Source: Dipteris shenzhenensis
Taxonomy: Eukaryota
Strand: one strand, 5' to 3'
NCBI GenBank assembly: GCA_047967505.1
Contig: CM106538.1
Length of the DNA stretch: 64,000 bases
Of this stretch, positions 62,076 through 64,000 are shown piece by piece. Under the pieces are notes generated by a model. That model ran no database searches. It was not told the DNA's origin and saw nothing but the letters and a program-made list of their open reading frames with translations. Position 1 is the first letter of the stretch; every line of letters starts with the position of its first letter. Position numbers and translations under genes: made by a program.

Positions 62076-62369
62076 TTTTGGATTGTAGTAATATATGTGA
62101 GTGATGAGGAGTGGGCAGAAGTTGTTTGGCTTCCAAAGGAAATGTGGCCTGAGTATGTGCTGAATGTAAAGGGGTGTAGAGACGGGGATTTTGAATAAAT
62201 GCTTTTACCTTATGATTGTGTTGTTCAGTTTGCTTAAATGTGGGTAAGGGTGGTTGTGAAGGCCGGCTAAGCTCTATCTTTTTTGTTCATCCACCGGGAT
62301 TTGCAATGACTCTAATAAACCCACGCTTCTAAGGTGTTCATCCTTAGTAACCTAACAAATCCGGCAACC

Positions 62370-62578
62370 TACCACATCTGCATATAGTAGTATCTGTACC
62401 ATCAAATCAGCCAATAGGGAGCCCTCTCCTCCTAGGCAATCCACAAAGGATGTGATCTCATCAATGTATAGCCTGAAGAGAGTTGGTGAGAGGGGGCAGC
62501 CCTGCTTCACCCCTATGGTGCTCTCAACCCAATCTAATAGCCCCCCAGGAGTGCCGACTCACCCTCTGATGGACTCAT
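62370..62578 (-). mobile_element. RTE-X-like RT fragment
   Basis: STIGVKQGCPLSPTLFRLYIDE..QILLYAD. Confidence 0.88.
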
Positions 62579-63640
62579 ACGTTGAGATCCAGGTACTAAA
62601 TCTATACGATGCTCTACTGCTTGTTCTGAAGGTAAACCTTCTAGCTGTTGTGCAAGGATTACATCGATGAAATCGTCTAAAAACGTTCTGAATTCACGGT
62701 GTTCAAACACGCTTAAATCATTTTTGTTATTAACACAGACAACAAATGAAGAAAGCAGAATCAAAACACACTGATACACATCATAATGAGAAGTGTTTAT
62801 TATATTCCAAAGCTGCATCGCAGATACAATAGGTCCCTGAGAAGAGGGAATATTATCATATTGAATACAAAATTGGGTGTCCTTGTCCAAAAAAGAGAGT
62901 GTATGGTCTTTCCATCCAATCCAAATATCGTGGGTTTTAAACCACTCTATTCCGATTAACAAGTCCACATGTTCCAAGTGCATGACATAGCACGTAAGAG
63001 TAGCTGTGTAGTCTTGAATCCGGATAGAAAGTTCATCGACCTTACGATCCCAAAATTGCTTCCTAGCTAGAAGTTGCACCTCATAGGTGTGATCGTCGTG
63101 GACAGCCCATCCTCTGCACAAGTTTGTAGTTCACAAAACTGTGAGAGCTGCCAGGGTCAAAGAGAATGTGAACTCTTTGGTCCCTTACTTCTCCATAAAC
63201 TCGAAAAAGGTCATGGGGACTAAATAACGAATTATTACAAGTGCAATTACAAGAAAGTGGGCAGATAATGACATTTACAGGAATACCTGTCATTGAAGCT
63301 TGGTTAGCTCCCTAAGCTTTGGTACCTTGTCCCGCATGGAGCTTTGGTCACGGTGCTTGCATCTAGTTCTTGCGCTTAGGACAATCATTCCGAGTGTGGC
63401 CCCACTCGCAAATAAAACAACGTCCTTCTTTCTTTAACTTCAAGATACGTAGGAAGCGGGCTCTACCATTCTTTGTCTGTGTCGAGTTCCTCTTGGAGGC
63501 GTTGTCAATTGACTTCGACTCCCCGGTACCAGTTGTTGACTGGAAGAACTTCCTCTTGTTCTTTCCACTCATGTCGGCAGTAGTGGGTTCCCTTTACACT
63601 GGCCATGGTATCATCATAGATGTGCGCATAGTTCATGGCA
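62579..63640 (-). mobile_element. Ty3/Gypsy gag-protease-pre-RT remnant
   Basis: KKEGRCFICE.GHTRNDCP knuckle, protease ILFDPGSSHSFV, DLLIGIEW, and GLPSEQAVEHRIDLVPGS. Confidence 0.9.
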
Positions 63641-64000
63641 CGGCTTGGTATCTGACGTGTACTTGGATACACAAGACTAGCTCAGGTAGCCTGGGGAGGC
63701 TTAGGGCTAGTGTCTGAGGGAAGGGGGGGCTTCCTAACACTTCCGGAAGTATTACCGAAGGCCTAGGGCCACTGGTGCGAGAAGCGAGTAAGACATGCCA
63801 TAAGTGTCACGGATGGTGTGTAGGCGACGGATGGTATGTAGGCGAGTGCTTGTCGATGGTGTCAACTATGTGCAAGCGGTACAAGTGCTGAAGTGATGTG
63901 AGCAAGAAGAAGACCAAAGCGGAACAACATCACGAAAGCCAACCCTCGATATGAACTGTAAGAACTTCAAGCACATGACACAGGTCCGTTGTACCAGGTG

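Overview
This is eukaryotic, plant-like nuclear DNA, and almost all of it is nested retrotransposons. A large-genome non-seed plant such as a fern or lycophyte is my inference from the element types, not a database result. I found no intact host gene, RNA gene or CRISPR array. Two non-LTR groups dominate. (1) Plant L1-type LINEs, with a DUF4283/CCHC-type ORF1, an EN-RT-zinc-knuckle ORF2 and a poly(A) tail, including a nearly intact 6.5 kb copy at 48808-55279. (2) RTE-X-like LINEs, with a coiled-coil ORF1, an EN-RT ORF2 ending in an SSHxLxIExGR..CxxC..EEH..CPxY motif, and a (CTTT)n tail, including a full-length copy at 12930-18432. Also present are two solo-LTR-like inserts, Copia gag and Gypsy gag-protease remnants, and a ~410 bp TIR element. 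Several junctions resolve to the base through TSDs and resumed reading frames, showing nesting at least three levels deep. The most notable signals are: a covarying 3' stem-loop shared by RTE-X subfamilies; a CUU-loop 3' hairpin across L1 subfamilies; an LADD catalytic motif in the youngest L1 family; derivatives in both clades that keep ORF1 and the ORF2 C-terminus but lack EN and RT; and possible remnants of a spliced minus-strand pseudogene spanning the TE nest. All family assignments come from motif recognition by eye.
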